Shown piece after piece: positions 15,001 to 30,000 of a DNA stretch of 64,000 nt. Every line of letters starts with the position of its first letter. Position 1 is the first letter of the stretch. The notes below the pieces were generated by a model. The model did not search any database. It saw only the letters and a program-made list of their open reading frames with translations, and was not told where the DNA came from. Both the position numbers and the translations under genes were made by a program. Source of the DNA: Octopus vulgaris. Its lineage: Eukaryota. The stretch covers positions 215,538,708 to 215,602,707 of the forward strand of contig OX597815.1 in NCBI GenBank assembly GCA_951406725.2. Reading direction: 5' to 3'.

Positions 15001-18000
15001 TTCTGATGTACCTACGGGAGCACCGGACTCTGCACAAGCTACAGACTTACTAGGTATTTACCTTGTTCTGATGTACCTACGGGAGCACCGGACTCTGCAC
15101 AAGCTACAGACTTACTAGGTATTTACCTTGTTCTGATGTACCTACGGGAGCACCGGACTCTGCACAAGCTACAGACTTACTAGGTATTTACCTTGTTCTG
15201 ATGTACCTACGGGAGCACCGGACTCTGCACAAGCTACAGACTTACTAGGTATTTACCTTGTTCTGATGTACCTACGGGAGCACCGGACTCTGCACAAGCT
15301 ACAGACTTACTAGGTATTTACCTTGTTCTGATGTACCTACGGGAGCACCGGACTCTGCACAAGCTACAGACTTACTAGGTATTTACCTTGTTCTGATGTA
15401 CCTACGGGAGCACCGGACTCTGCACAAGCTACAGACTTACTAGGTATTTACCTTGTTCTGATGTACCTACGGGAGCACCGGACTCTGCACAAGCTACAGA
15501 CTTACTAGGTATTTACCTTGTTCTGATGTACCTACGGGAGCACCGGACTCTGCACAAGCTACAGACTTACTAGGTATTTACCTTGTTCTGATGTACCTAC
15601 GGGAGCACCGGACTCTGCACAAGCTACAGACTTACTAGGTATTTACCTTGTTCTGATGTACCTACGGGAGCACCGGACTCTGCACAAGCTACAGACTTAC
15701 TAGGTATTTACCTTGTTCTGATGTACCTACGGGAGCACCGGATTCTGCACAAGCTACAGACTTACTAGGTATTTACCTTGTTCTGATGTACCTACGGGAG
15801 CACCGGATTCTGCACAAGCTACAGACTTACTAGGTATTTACCTTGTTCTGATGTACCTACGGGAGCACCGGACTCTGCACAAGCTACAGACTTACTAGGT
15901 ATTTACCTTGTTCTGATGTACCTACGGGAGCACCGGATTCTGCACAAGCTACAGACTTACTAGGTATTTACCTTGTTCTGATGTACCTACGGGAGCACCG
16001 GACTCTGCACAAGCTACAGACTTACTAGGTATTTACCTTGTTCTGATGTACCTACGGGAGCACCGGACTCTGCACAAGCTACAGACTTACTAGGTATTTA
16101 CCTTGTTCTGATGTACCTACGGGAGCACCGGACTCTGCACAAGCTACAGACTTACTAGGTATTTACCTTGTTCTGATGTACCTACGGGAGCACCGGACTC
16201 TGCACAAGCTACAGACTTACTAGGTATTTACCTTGTTCTGATGTACCTACGGGAGCACCGGACTCTGCACAAGCTACAGACTTACTAGGTATTTACCTTG
16301 TTCTGATGTACCTACGGAGCACCGGACTCTGCACAAGCTACAGACTTACTAGGTATTTACCTTGTTCTGATGTACCTACGGGAGCACCGGACTCTGCACA
16401 AGCTACAGACTTACTAGGTATTTACCTTGTTCTGATGTACCTACGGGAGCACCGGACTCTGCACAAGCTACAGACTTACTAGGTATTTACCTTGTTCTGA
16501 TGTACCTACGGGAGCACCGGACTCTGCACAAGCTACAGACTTACTAGGTATTTACCTTGTTCTGATGTACCTACGGGAGCACCGGACTCTGCACAAGCTA
16601 CAGACTTACTAGGTATTTACCTTGTTCTGATGTACCTACGGGAGCACCGGACTCTGCACAAGCTACAGACTTACTAGGTATTTACCTTGTTCTGATGTAC
16701 CTACGGGAGCACCGGACTCTGCACAAGCTACAGACTTACTAGGTATTTACCTTGTTCTGATGTACCTACGGGAGCACCGGATTCTGCACAAGCTACAGAC
16801 TTACTAGGTATTTACCTTGTTCTGATGTACCTACGGGAGCACCGGACTCTGCACAAGCTACAGACTTACTAGGTATTTACCTTGTTCTGATGTACCTACG
16901 GGAGCACCGGACTCTGCACAAGCTACAGACTTACTAGGTATTTACCTTGTTCTGATGTACCTACGGGAGCACCGGATTCTGCACAAGCTACAGACTTACT
17001 AGGTATTTACCTTGTTCTGATGTACCTACGGGAGCACCGGACTCTGCACAAGCTACAGACTTACTAGGTATTTACCTTGTTCTGATGTACCTACGGGAGC
17101 ACCGGACTCTGCACAAGCTACAGACTTACTAGGTATTTACCTTGTTCTGATGTACCTACGGGAGCACCGGACTCTGCACAAGCTACAGACTTACTAGGTA
17201 TTTACCTTGTTCTGATGTACCTACGGGAGCACCGGACTCTGCACAAGCTACAGACTTACTAGGTATTTACCTTGTTCTGATGTACCTACGGGAGCACCGG
17301 ACTCTGCACAAGCTACAGACTTACTAGGTATTTACCTTGTTCTGATGTACCTACGGGAGCACCGGATTCTGCACAAGCTACAGACTTACTAGGTATTTAC
17401 CTTGTTCTGATGTACCTACGGGAGCACCGGACTCTGCACAAGCTACAGACTTACTAGGTATTTACCTTGTTCTGATGTACCTACGGGAGCACCGGACTCT
17501 GCACAAGCTACAGACTTACTAGGTATTTACCTTGTTCTGATGTACCTACGGGAGCACCGGACTCTGCACAAGCTACAGACTTACTAGGTATTTACCTTGT
17601 TCTGATGTACCTACGGGAGCACCGGACTCTGCACAAGCTACAGACTTACTAGGTATTTACCTTGTTCTGATGTACCTACGGGAGCACCGGACTCTGCACA
17701 AGCTACAGACTTACTAGGTATTTACCTTGTTCTGATGTACCTACGGGAGCACCGGACTCTGCACAAGCTACAGACTTACTAGGTATTTACCTTGTTCTGA
17801 TGTACCTACGGGAGCACCGGACTCTGCACAAGCTACAGACTTACTAGGTATTTACCTTGTTCTGATGTACCTACGGGAGCACCGGACTCTGCACAGCTAC
17901 AGACTTACTAGGTATTTACCTTGTTCTGATGTACCTACGGGAGCACCGGACTCTGCACAAGCTACAGACTTACTAGGTATTTACCTTGTTCTGATGTACC

Positions 18001-21000
18001 TACGGGAGCACCGGACTCTGCACAAGCTACAGACTTACTAGGTATTTACCTTGTTCTGATGTACCTACGGGAGCACCGGACTCTGCACAAGCTACAGACT
18101 TACTAGGTATTTACCTTGTTCTGATGTACCTACGGGAGCACCGGACTCTGCACAAGCTACAGACTTACTAGGTATTTACCTTGTTCTGATGTACCTACGG
18201 GAGCACCGGACTCTGCACAAGCTACAGACTTACTAGGTATTTACCTTGTTCTGATGTACCTACGGGAGCACCGGACTCTGCACAAGCTACAGACTTACTA
18301 GGTATTTACCTTGTTCTGATGTACCTACGGGAGCACCGGACTCTGCACAAGCTACAGACTTACTAGGTATTTACCTTGTTCTGATGTACCTACGGGAGCA
18401 CCGGACTCTGCACAAGCTACAGACTTACTAGGTATTTACCTTGTTCTGATGTACCTACGGGAGCACCGGACTCTGCACAAGCTACAGACTTACTAGGTAT
18501 TTACCTTGTTCTGATGTACCTACGGGAGCACCGGACTCTGCACAAGCTACAGACTTACTAGGTATTTACCTTGTTCTGATGTACCTACGGGAGCACCGGA
18601 CTCTGCACAAGCTACAGACTTACTAGGTATTTACCTTGTTCTGATGTACCTACGGGAGCACCGGACTCTGCACAAGCTACAGACTTACTAGGTATTTACC
18701 TTGTTCTGATGTACCTACGGGAGCACCGGACTCTGCACAAGCTACAGACTTACTAGGTATTTACCTTGTTCTGATGTACCTACGGGAGCACCGGACTCTG
18801 CACAAGCTACAGACTTACTAGGTATTTACCTTGTTCTGATGTACCTACGGGAGCACCGGACTCTGCACAAGCTACAGACTTACTAGGTATTTACCTTGTT
18901 CTGATGTACCTACGGGAGCACCGGACTCTGCACAAGCTACAGACTTACTAGGTATTTACCTTGTTCTGATGTACCTACGGGAGCACCGGACTCTGCACAA
19001 GCTACAGACTTACTAGGTATTTACCTTGTTCTGATGTACCTACGGGAGCACCGGACTCTGCACAAGCTACAGACTTACTAGGTATTTACCTTGTTCTGAT
19101 GTACCTACGGGAGCACCGGACTCTGCACAAGCTACAGACTTACTAGGTATTTACCTTGTTCTGATGTACCTACGGGAGCACCGGACTCTGCACAAGCTAC
19201 AGACTTACTAGGTATTTACCTTGTTCTGATGTACCTACGGGAGCACCGGACTCTGCACAAGCTACAGACTTACTAGGTATTTACCTTGTTCTGATGTACC
19301 TACGGGAGCACCGGATTCTGCACAAGCTACAGACTTACTAGGTATTTACCTTGTTCTGATGTACCTACGGGAGCACCGGATTCTGCACAAGCTACAGACT
19401 TACTAGGTATTTACCTTGTTCTGATGTACCTACGGGAGCACCGGATTCTGCACAAGCTACAGACTTACTAGGTATTTACCTTGTTCTGATGTACCTACGG
19501 GAGCACCGGACTCTGCACAAGCTACAGACTTACTAGGTATTTACCTTGTTCTGATGTACCTACGGGAGCACCGGACTCTGCACAAGCTACAGACTTACTA
19601 GGTATTTACCTTGTTCTGATGTACCTACGGGAGCACCGGACTCTGCACAAGCTACAGACTTACTAGGTATTTACCTTGTTCTGATGTACCTACGGGAGCA
19701 CCGGACTCTGCACAAGCTACAGACTTACTAGGTATTTACCTTGTTCTGAATGTACCTACGGGAGCACCGGACTCTGCACAAGCTACAGACTTACTAGGTA
19801 TTTACCTTGTTCTGATGTACCTACGGGAGCACCGGACTCTGCACAAGCTACAGACTTACTAGGTATTTACCTTGTTCTGATGTACCTACGGGAGCACCGG
19901 ACTCTGCACAAGCTACAGACTTACTAGGTATTTACCTTGTTCTGATGTACCTACGGGAGCACCGGACTCTGCACAAGCTACAGACTTACTAGGTATTTAC
20001 CTTGTTCTGATGTACCTACGGGAGCACCGGACTCTGCACAAGCTACAGACTTACTAGGTATTTACCTTGTTCTGATGTACCTACGGGAGCACCGGACTCT
20101 GCACAAGCTACAGACTTACTAGGTATTTACCTTGTTCTGATGTACCTACGGGAGCACCGGACTCTGCACAAGCTACAGACTTACTAGGTATTTACCTTGT
20201 TCTGATGTACCTACGGGAGCACCGGACTCTGCACAAGCTACAGACTTACTAGGTATTTACCTTGTTCTGATGTACCTACGGGAGCACCGGACTCTGCACA
20301 AGCTACAGACTTACTAGGTATTTACCTTGTTCTGATGTACCTACGGGAGCACCGGACTCTGCACAAGCTACAGACTTACTAGGTATTTACCTTGTTCTGA
20401 TGTACCTACGGGAGCACCGGACTCTGCACAAGCTACAGACTTACTAGGTATTTACCTTGTTCTGATGTACCTACGGGAGCACCGGACTCTGCACAAGCTA
20501 CAGACTTACTAGGTATTTACCTTGTTCTGATGTACCTACGGGAGCACCGGACTCTGCACAAGCTACAGACTTACTAGGTATTTACCTTGTTCTGATGTAC
20601 CTACGGGAGCACCGGACTCTGCACAAGCTACAGACTTACTAGGTATTTACCTTGTTCTGATGTACCTACGGGAGCACCGGACTCTGCACAAGCTACAGAC
20701 TTACTAGGTATTTACCTTGTTCTGATGTACCTACGGGAGCACCGGATTCTGCACAAGCTACAGACTTACTAGGTATTTACCTTGTTCTGATGTACCTACG
20801 GGAGCACCGGACTCTGCACAAGCTACAGACTTACTAGGTATTTACCTTGTTCTGATGTACCTACGGGAGCACCGGACTCTGCACAAGCTACAGACTTACT
20901 AGGTATTTACCTTGTTCTGATGTACCTACGGGAGCACCGGACTCTGCACAAGCTACAGACTTACTAGGTATTTACCTTGTTCTGATGTACCTACGGGAGC

Positions 21001-24000
21001 ACCGGATTCTGCACAAGCTACAGACTTACTAGGTATTTACCTTGTTCTGATGTACCTACGGGAGCACCGGACTCTGCACAAGCTACAGACTTACTAGGTA
21101 TTTACCTTGTTCTGATGTACCTACGGGAGCACCGGACTCTGCACAAGCTACAGACTTACTAGGTATTTACCTTGTTCTGATGTACCTACGGGAGCACCGG
21201 ACTCTGCACAAGCTACAGACTTACTAGGTATTTACCTTGTTCTGATGTACCTACGGGAGCACCGGACTCTGCACAAGCTACAGACTTACTAGGTATTTAC
21301 CTTGTTCTGATGTACCTACGGGAGCACCGGACTCTGCACAAGCTACAGACTTACTAGGTATTTACCTTGTTCTGATGTACCTACGGGAGCACCGGACTCT
21401 GCACAAGCTACAGACTTACTAGGTATTTACCTTGTTCTGATGTACCTACGGGAGCACCGGACTCTGCACAAGCTACAGACTTACTAGGTATTTACCTTGT
21501 TCTGATGTACCTACGGGAGCACCGGACTCTGCACAAGCTACAGACTTACTAGGTATTTACCTTGTTCTGATGTACCTACGGGAGCACCGGACTCTGCACA
21601 AGCTACAGACTTACTAGGTATTTACCTTGTTCTGATGTACCTACGGGAGCACCGGACTCTGCACAAGCTACAGACTTACTAGGTATTTACCTTGTTCTGA
21701 TGTACCTACGGGAGCACCGGACTCTGCACAAGCTACAGACTTACTAGGTATTTACCTTGTTCTGATGTACCTACGGGAGCACCGGACTCTGCACAAGCTA
21801 CAGACTTACTAGGTATTTACCTTGTTCTGATGTACCTACGGGAGCACCGGACTCTGCACAAGCTACAGACTTACTAGGTATTTACCTTGTTCTGATGTAC
21901 CTACGGGAGCACCGGACTCTGCACAAGCTACAGACTTACTAGGTATTTACCTTGTTCTGATGTACCTACGGGAGCACCGGACTCTGCACAAGCTACAGAC
22001 TTACTAGGTATTTACCTTGTTCTGATGTACCTACGGGAGCACCGGACTCTGCACAAGCTACAGACTTACTAGGTATTTACCTTGTTCTGATGTACCTACG
22101 GGAGCACCGGATTCTGCACAAGCTACAGACTTACTAGGTATTTACCTTGTTCTGATGTACCTACGGGAGCACCGGATTCTGCACAAGCTACAGACTTACT
22201 AGGTATTTACCTTGTTCTGATGTACCTACGGGAGCACCGGACTCTGCACAAGCTACAGACTTACTAGGTATTTACCTTGTTCTGATGTACCTACGGGAGC
22301 ACCGGACTCTGCACAAGCTACAGACTTACTAGGTATTTACCTTGTTCTGATGTACCTACGGGAGCACCGGACTCTGCACAAGCTACAGACTTACTAGGTA
22401 TTTACCTTGTTCTGATGTACCTACGGGAGCACCGGACTCTGCACAAGCTACAGACTTACTAGGTATTTACCTTGTTCTGATGTACCTACGGGAGCACCGG
22501 ACTCTGCACAAGCTACAGACTTACTAGGTATTTACCTTGTTCTGATGTACCTACGGGAGCACCGGATTCTGCACAAGCTACAGACTTACTAGGTATTTAC
22601 CTTGTTCTGATGTACCTACGGGAGCACCGGACTCTGCACAAGCTACAGACTTACTAGGTATTTACCTTGTTCTGATGTACCTACGGGAGCACCGGACTCT
22701 GCACAAGCTACAGACTTACTAGGTATTTACCTTGTTCTGATGTACCTACGGGAGCACCGGACTCTGCACAAGCTACAGACTTACTAGGTATTTACCTTGT
22801 TCTGATGTACCTACGGGAGCACCGGACTCTGCACAAGCTACAGACTTACTAGGTATTTACCTTGTTCTGATGTACCTACGGGAGCACCGGACTCTGCACA
22901 AGCTACAGACTTACTAGGTATTTACCTTGTTCTGATGTACCTACGGGAGCACCGGACTCTGCACAAGCTACAGACTTACTAGGTATTTACCTTGTTCTGA
23001 TGTACCTACGGGAGCACCGGACTCTGCACAAGCTACAGACTTACTAGGTATTTACCTTGTTCTGATGTACCTACGGGAGCACCGGACTCTGCACAAGCTA
23101 CAGACTTACTAGGTATTTACCTTGTTCTGATGTACCTACGGGAGCACCGGATTCTGCACAAGCTACAGACTTACTAGGTATTTACCTTGTTCTGATGTAC
23201 CTACGGGAGCACCGGATTCTGCACAAGCTACAGACTTACTAGGTATTTACCTTGTTCTGATGTACCTACGGGAGCACCGGACTCTGCACAAGCTACAGAC
23301 TTACTAGGTATTTACCTTGTTCTGATGTACCTACGGGAGCACCGGACTCTGCACAAGCTACAGACTTACTAGGTATTTACCTTGTTCTGATGTACCTACG
23401 GGAGCACCGGACTCTGCACAAGCTACAGACTTACTAGGTATTTACCTTGTTCTGATGTACCTACGGGAGCACCGGACTCTGCACAAGCTACAGACTTACT
23501 AGGTATTTACCTTGTTCTGATGTACCTACGGGAGCACCGGATTCTGCACAAGCTACAGACTTACTAGGTATTTACCTTGTTCTGATGTACCTACGGGAGC
23601 ACCGGACTCTGCACAAGCTACAGACTTACTAGGTATTTACCTTGTTCTGATGTACCTACGGGAGCACCGGACTCTGCACAAGCTACAGACTTACTAGGTA
23701 TTTACCTTGTTCTGATGTACCTACGGGAGCACCGGACTCTGCACAAGCTACAGACTTACTAGGTATTTACCTTGTTCTGATGTACCTACGGGAGCACCGG
23801 ACTCTGCACAAGCTACAGACTTACTAGGTATTTACCTTGTTCTGATGTACCTACGGGAGCACCGGACTCTGCACAAGCTACAGACTTACTAGGTATTTAC
23901 CTTGTTCTGATGTACCTACGGGAGCACCGGACTCTGCACAAGCTACAGACTTACTAGGTATTTACCTTGTTCTGATGTACCTACGGGAGCACCGGACTCT

Positions 24001-27000
24001 GCACAAGCTACAGACTTACTAGGTATTTACCTTGTTCTGATGTACCTACGGGAGCACCGGACTCTGCACAAGCTACAGACTTACTAGGTATTTACCTTGT
24101 TCTGATGTACCTACGGGAGCACCGGACTCTGCACAAGCTACAGACTTACTAGGTATTTACCTTGTTCTGATGTACCTACGGGAGCACCGGACTCTGCACA
24201 AGCTACAGACTTACTAGGTATTTACCTTGTTCTGATGTACCTACGGGAGCACCGGACTCTGCACAAGCTACAGACTTACTAGGTATTTACCTTGTTCTGA
24301 TGTACCTACGGGAGCACCGGACTCTGCACAAGCTACAGACTTACTAGGTATTTACCTTGTTCTGATGTACCTACGGGAGCACCGGACTCTGCACAAGCTA
24401 CAGACTTACTAGGTATTTACCTTGTTCTGATGTACCTACGGGAGCACCGGACTCTGCACAAGCTACAGACTTACTAGGTATTTACCTTGTTCTGATGTAC
24501 CTACGGGAGCACCGGACTCTGCACAAGCTACAGACTTACTAGGTATTTACCTTGTTCTGATGTACCTACGGGAGCACCGGACTCTGCACAAGCTACAGAC
24601 TTACTAGGTATTTACCTTGTTCTGATGTACCTACGGGAGCACCGGATTCTGCACAAGCTACAGACTTACTAGGTATTTACCTTGTTCTGATGTACCTACG
24701 GGAGCACCGGATTCTGCACAAGCTACAGACTTACTAGGTATTTACCTTGTTCTGATGTACCTACGGGAGCACCGGACTCTGCACAAGCTACAGACTTACT
24801 AGGTATTTACCTTGTTCTGATGTACCTACGGGAGCACCGGACTCTGCACAAGCTACAGACTTACTAGGTATTTACCTTGTTCTGATGTACCTACGGGAGC
24901 ACCGGACTCTGCACAAGCTACAGACTTACTAGGTATTTACCTTGTTCTGATGTACCTACGGGAGCACCGGACTCTGCACAAGCTACAGACTTACTAGGTA
25001 TTTACCTTGTTCTGATGTACCTACGGGAGCACCGGACTCTGCACAAGCTACAGACTTACTAGGTATTTACCTTGTTCTGATGTACCTACGGGAGCACCGG
25101 ATTCTGCACAAGCTACAGACTTACTAGGTATTTACCTTGTTCTGATGTACCTACGGGAGCACCGGACTCTGCACAAGCTACAGACTTACTAGGTATTTAC
25201 CTTGTTCTGATGTACCTACGGGAGCACCGGACTCTGCACAAGCTACAGACTTACTAGGTATTTACCTTGTTCTGATGTACCTACGGGAGCACCGGACTCT
25301 GCACAAGCTACAGACTTACTAGGTATTTACCTTGTTCTGATGTACCTACGGGAGCACCGGACTCTGCACAAGCTACAGACTTACTAGGTATTTACCTTGT
25401 TCTGATGTACCTACGGGAGCACCGGACTCTGCACAAGCTACAGACTTACTAGGTATTTACCTTGTTCTGATGTACCTACGGGAGCACCGGACTCTGCACA
25501 AGCTACAGACTTACTAGGTATTTACCTTGTTCTGATGTACTACGGGAGCACCGGACTCTGCACAAGCTACAGACTTACTAGGTATTTACCTTGTTCTGAT
25601 GTACCTACGGGAGCACCGGACTCTGCACAAGCTACAGACTTACTAGGTATTTACCTTGTTCTGATGTACCTACGGGAGCACCGGACTCTGCACAAGCTAC
25701 AGACTTACTAGGTATTTACCTTGTTCTGATGTACCTACGGGAGCACCGGACTCTGCACAAGCTACAGACTTACTAGGTATTTACCTTGTTCTGATGTACC
25801 TACGGGAGCACCGGACTCTGCACAAGCTACAGACTTACTAGGTATTTACCTTGTTCTGATGTACCTACGGGAGCACCGGACTCTGCACAAGCTACAGACT
25901 TACTAGGTATTTACCTTGTTCTGATGTACCTAGGGAGCACCGGACTCTGCACAAGCTACAGACTTACTAGGTATTTACCTTGTTCTGATGTACCTACGGG
26001 AGCACCGGACTCTGCACAAGCTACAGACTTACTAGGTATTTACCTTGTTCTGATGTACCTACGGGAGCACCGGATTCTGCACAAGCTACAGACTTACTAG
26101 GTATTTACCTTGTTCTGATGTACCTACGGGAGCACCGGACTCTGCACAAGCTACAGACTTACTAGGTATTTACCTTGTTCTGATGTACCTACGGGAGCAC
26201 CGGACTCTGCACAAGCTACAGACTTACTAGGTATTTACCTTGTTCTGATGTACCTACGGGAGCACCGGATTCTGCACAAGCTACAGACTTACTAGGTATT
26301 TACCTTGTTCTGATGTACCTACGGGAGCACCGGACTCTGCACAAGCTACAGACTTACTAGGTATTTACCTTGTTCTGATGTACCTACGGGAGCACCGGAC
26401 TCTGCACAAGCTACAGACTTACTAGGTATTTACCTTGTTCTGATGTACCTACGGGAGCACCGGACTCTGCACAAGCTACAGACTTACTAGGTATTTACCT
26501 TGTTCTGATGTACCTACGGGAGCACCGGACTCTGCACAAGCTACAGACTTACTAGGTATTTACCTTGTTCTGATGTACCTACGGGAGCACCGGACTCTGC
26601 ACAAGCTACAGACTTACTAGGTATTTACCTTGTTCTGATGTACCTACGGGAGCACCGGACTCTGCACAAGCTACAGACTTACTAGGTATTTACCTTGTTC
26701 TGATGTACCTACGGGAGCACCGGACTCTGCACAAGCTACAGACTTACTAGGTATTTACCTTGTTCTGATGTACCTACGGGAGCACCGGACTCTGCACAAG
26801 CTACAGACTTACTAGGTATTTACCTTGTTCTGATGTACCTACGGGAGCACCGGACTCTGCACAAGCTACAGACTTACTAGGTATTTACCTTGTTCTGATG
26901 TACCTACGGGAGCACCGGACTCTGCACAAGCTACAGACTTACTAGGTATTTACCTTGTTCTGATGTACCTACGGGAGCACCGGACTCTGCACAAGCTACA

Positions 27001-30000
27001 GACTTACTAGGTATTTACCTTGTTCTGATGTACCTACGGGAGCACCGGACTCTGCACAAGCTACAGACTTACTAGGTATTTACCTTGTTCTGATGTACCT
27101 ACGGGAGCACCGGACTCTGCACAAGCTACAGACTTACTAGGTATTTACCTTGTTCTGATGTACCTACGGGAGCACCGGACTCTGCACAAGCTACAGACTT
27201 ACTAGGTATTTACCTTGTTCTGATGTACCTACGGGAGCACCGGACTCTGCACAAGCTACAGACTTACTAGGTATTTACCTTGTTCTGATGTACCTACGGG
27301 AGCACCGGACTCTGCACAAGCTACAGACTTACTAGGTATTTACCTTGTTCTGATGTACCTACGGGAGCACCGGACTCTGCACAAGCTACAGACTTACTAG
27401 GTATTTACCTTGTTCTGATGTACCTACGGGAGCACCGGATTCTGCACAAGCTACAGACTTACTAGGTATTTACCTTGTTCTGATGTACCTACGGGAGCAC
27501 CGGATTCTGCACAAGCTACAGACTTACTAGGTATTTACCTTGTTCTGATGTACCTACGGGAGCACCGGACTCTGCACAAGCTACAGACTTACTAGGTATT
27601 TACCTTGTTCTGATGTACCTACGGGAGCACCGGACTCTGCACAAGCTACAGACTTACTAGGTATTTACCTTGTTCTGATGTACCTACGGGAGCACCGGAC
27701 TCTGCACAAGCTACAGACTTACTAGGTATTTACCTTGTTCTGATGTACCTACGGGAGCACCGGACTCTGCACAAGCTACAGACTTACTAGGTATTTACCT
27801 TGTTCTGATGTACCTACGGGAGCACCGGACTCTGCACAAGCTACAGACTTACTAGGTATTTACCTTGTTCTGATGTACCTACGGGAGCACCGGACTCTGC
27901 ACAAGCTACAGACTTACTAGGTATTTACCTTGTTCTGATGTACCTACGGGAGCACCGGACTCTGCACAAGCTACAGACTTACTAGGTATTTACCTTGTTC
28001 TGATGTACCTACGGGAGCACCGGACTCTGCACAAGCTACAGACTTACTAGGTATTTACCTTGTTCTGATGTACCTACGGGAGCACCGGACTCTGCACAAG
28101 CTACAGACTTACTAGGTATTTACCTTGTTCTGATGTACCTACGGGAGCACCGGACTCTGCACAAGCTACAGACTTACTAGGTATTTACCTTGTTCTGATG
28201 TACCTACGGGAGCACCGGACTCTGCACAAGCTACAGACTTACTAGGTATTTACCTTGTTCTGATGTACCTACGGGAGCACCGGACTCTGCACAAGCTACA
28301 GACTTACTAGGTATTTACCTTGTTCTGATGTACCTACGGGAGCACCGGACTCTGCACAAGCTACAGACTTACTAGGTATTTACCTTGTTCTGATGTACCT
28401 ACGGGAGCACCGGACTCTGCACAAGCTACAGACTTACTAGGTATTTACCTTGTTCTGATGTACCTACGGGAGCACCGGACTCTGCACAAGCTACAGACTT
28501 ACTAGGTATTTACCTTGTTCTGATGTACCTACGGGAGCACCGGACTCTGCACAAGCTACAGACTTACTAGGTATTTACCTTGTTCTGATGTACCTACGGG
28601 AGCACCGGATTCTGCACAAGCTACAGACTTACTAGGTATTTACCTTGTTCTGATGTACCTACGGGAGCACCGGATTCTGCACAAGCTACAGACTTACTAG
28701 GTATTTACCTTGTTCTGATGTACCTACGGGAGCACCGGACTCTGCACAAGCTACAGACTTACTAGGTATTTACCTTGTTCTGATGTACCTACGGGAGCAC
28801 CGGACTCTGCACAAGCTACAGACTTACTAGGTATTTACCTTGTTCTGATGTACCTACGGGAGCACCGGACTCTGCACAAGCTACAGACTTACTAGGTATT
28901 TACCTTGTTCTGATGTACCTACGGGAGCACCGGATTCTGCACAAGCTACAGACTTACTAGGTATTTACCTTGTTCTGATGTACCTACGGGAGCACCGGAC
29001 TCTGCACAAGCTACAGACTTACTAGGTATTTACCTTGTTCTGATGTACCTACGGGAGCACCGGACTCTGCACAAGCTACAGACTTACTAGGTATTTACCT
29101 TGTTCTGATGTACCTACGGGAGCACCGGACTCTGCACAAGCTACAGACTTACTAGGTATTTACCTTGTTCTGATGTACCTACGGGAGCACCGGACTCTGC
29201 ACAAGCTACAGACTTACTAGGTATTTACCTTGTTCTGATGTACCTACGGGAGCACCGGACTCTGCACAAGCTACAGACTTACTAGGTATTTACCTTGTTC
29301 TGATGTACCTACGGGAGCACCGGACTCTGCACAAGCTACAGACTTACTAGGTATTTACCTTGTTCTGATGTACCTACGGGAGCACCGGACTCTGCACAAG
29401 CTACAGACTTACTAGGTATTTACCTTGTTCTGATGTACCTACGGGAGCACCGGACTCTGCACAAGCTACAGACTTACTAGGTATTTACCTTGTTCTGATG
29501 TACCTACGGGAGCACCGGACTCTGCACAAGCTACAGACTTACTAGGTATTTACCTTGTTCTGATGTACCTACGGGAGCACCGGACTCTGCACAAGCTACA
29601 GACTTACTAGGTATTTACCTTGTTCTGATGTACCTACGGGAGCACCGGACTCTGCACAAGCTACAGACTTACTAGGTATTTACCTTGTTCTGATGTACCT
29701 ACGGGAGCACCGGACTCTGCACAAGCTACAGACTTACTAGGTATTTACCTTGTTCTGATGTACCTACGGGAGCACCGGACTCTGCACAAGCTACAGACTT
29801 ACTAGGTATTTACCTTGTTCTGATGTACCTACGGGAGCACCGGATTCTGCACAAGCTACAGACTTACTAGGTATTTACCTTGTTCTGATGTACCTACGGG
29901 AGCACCGGATTCTGCACAAGCTACAGACTTACTAGGTATTTACCTTGTTCTGATGTACCTACGGGAGCACCGGACTCTGCACAAGCTACAGACTTACTAG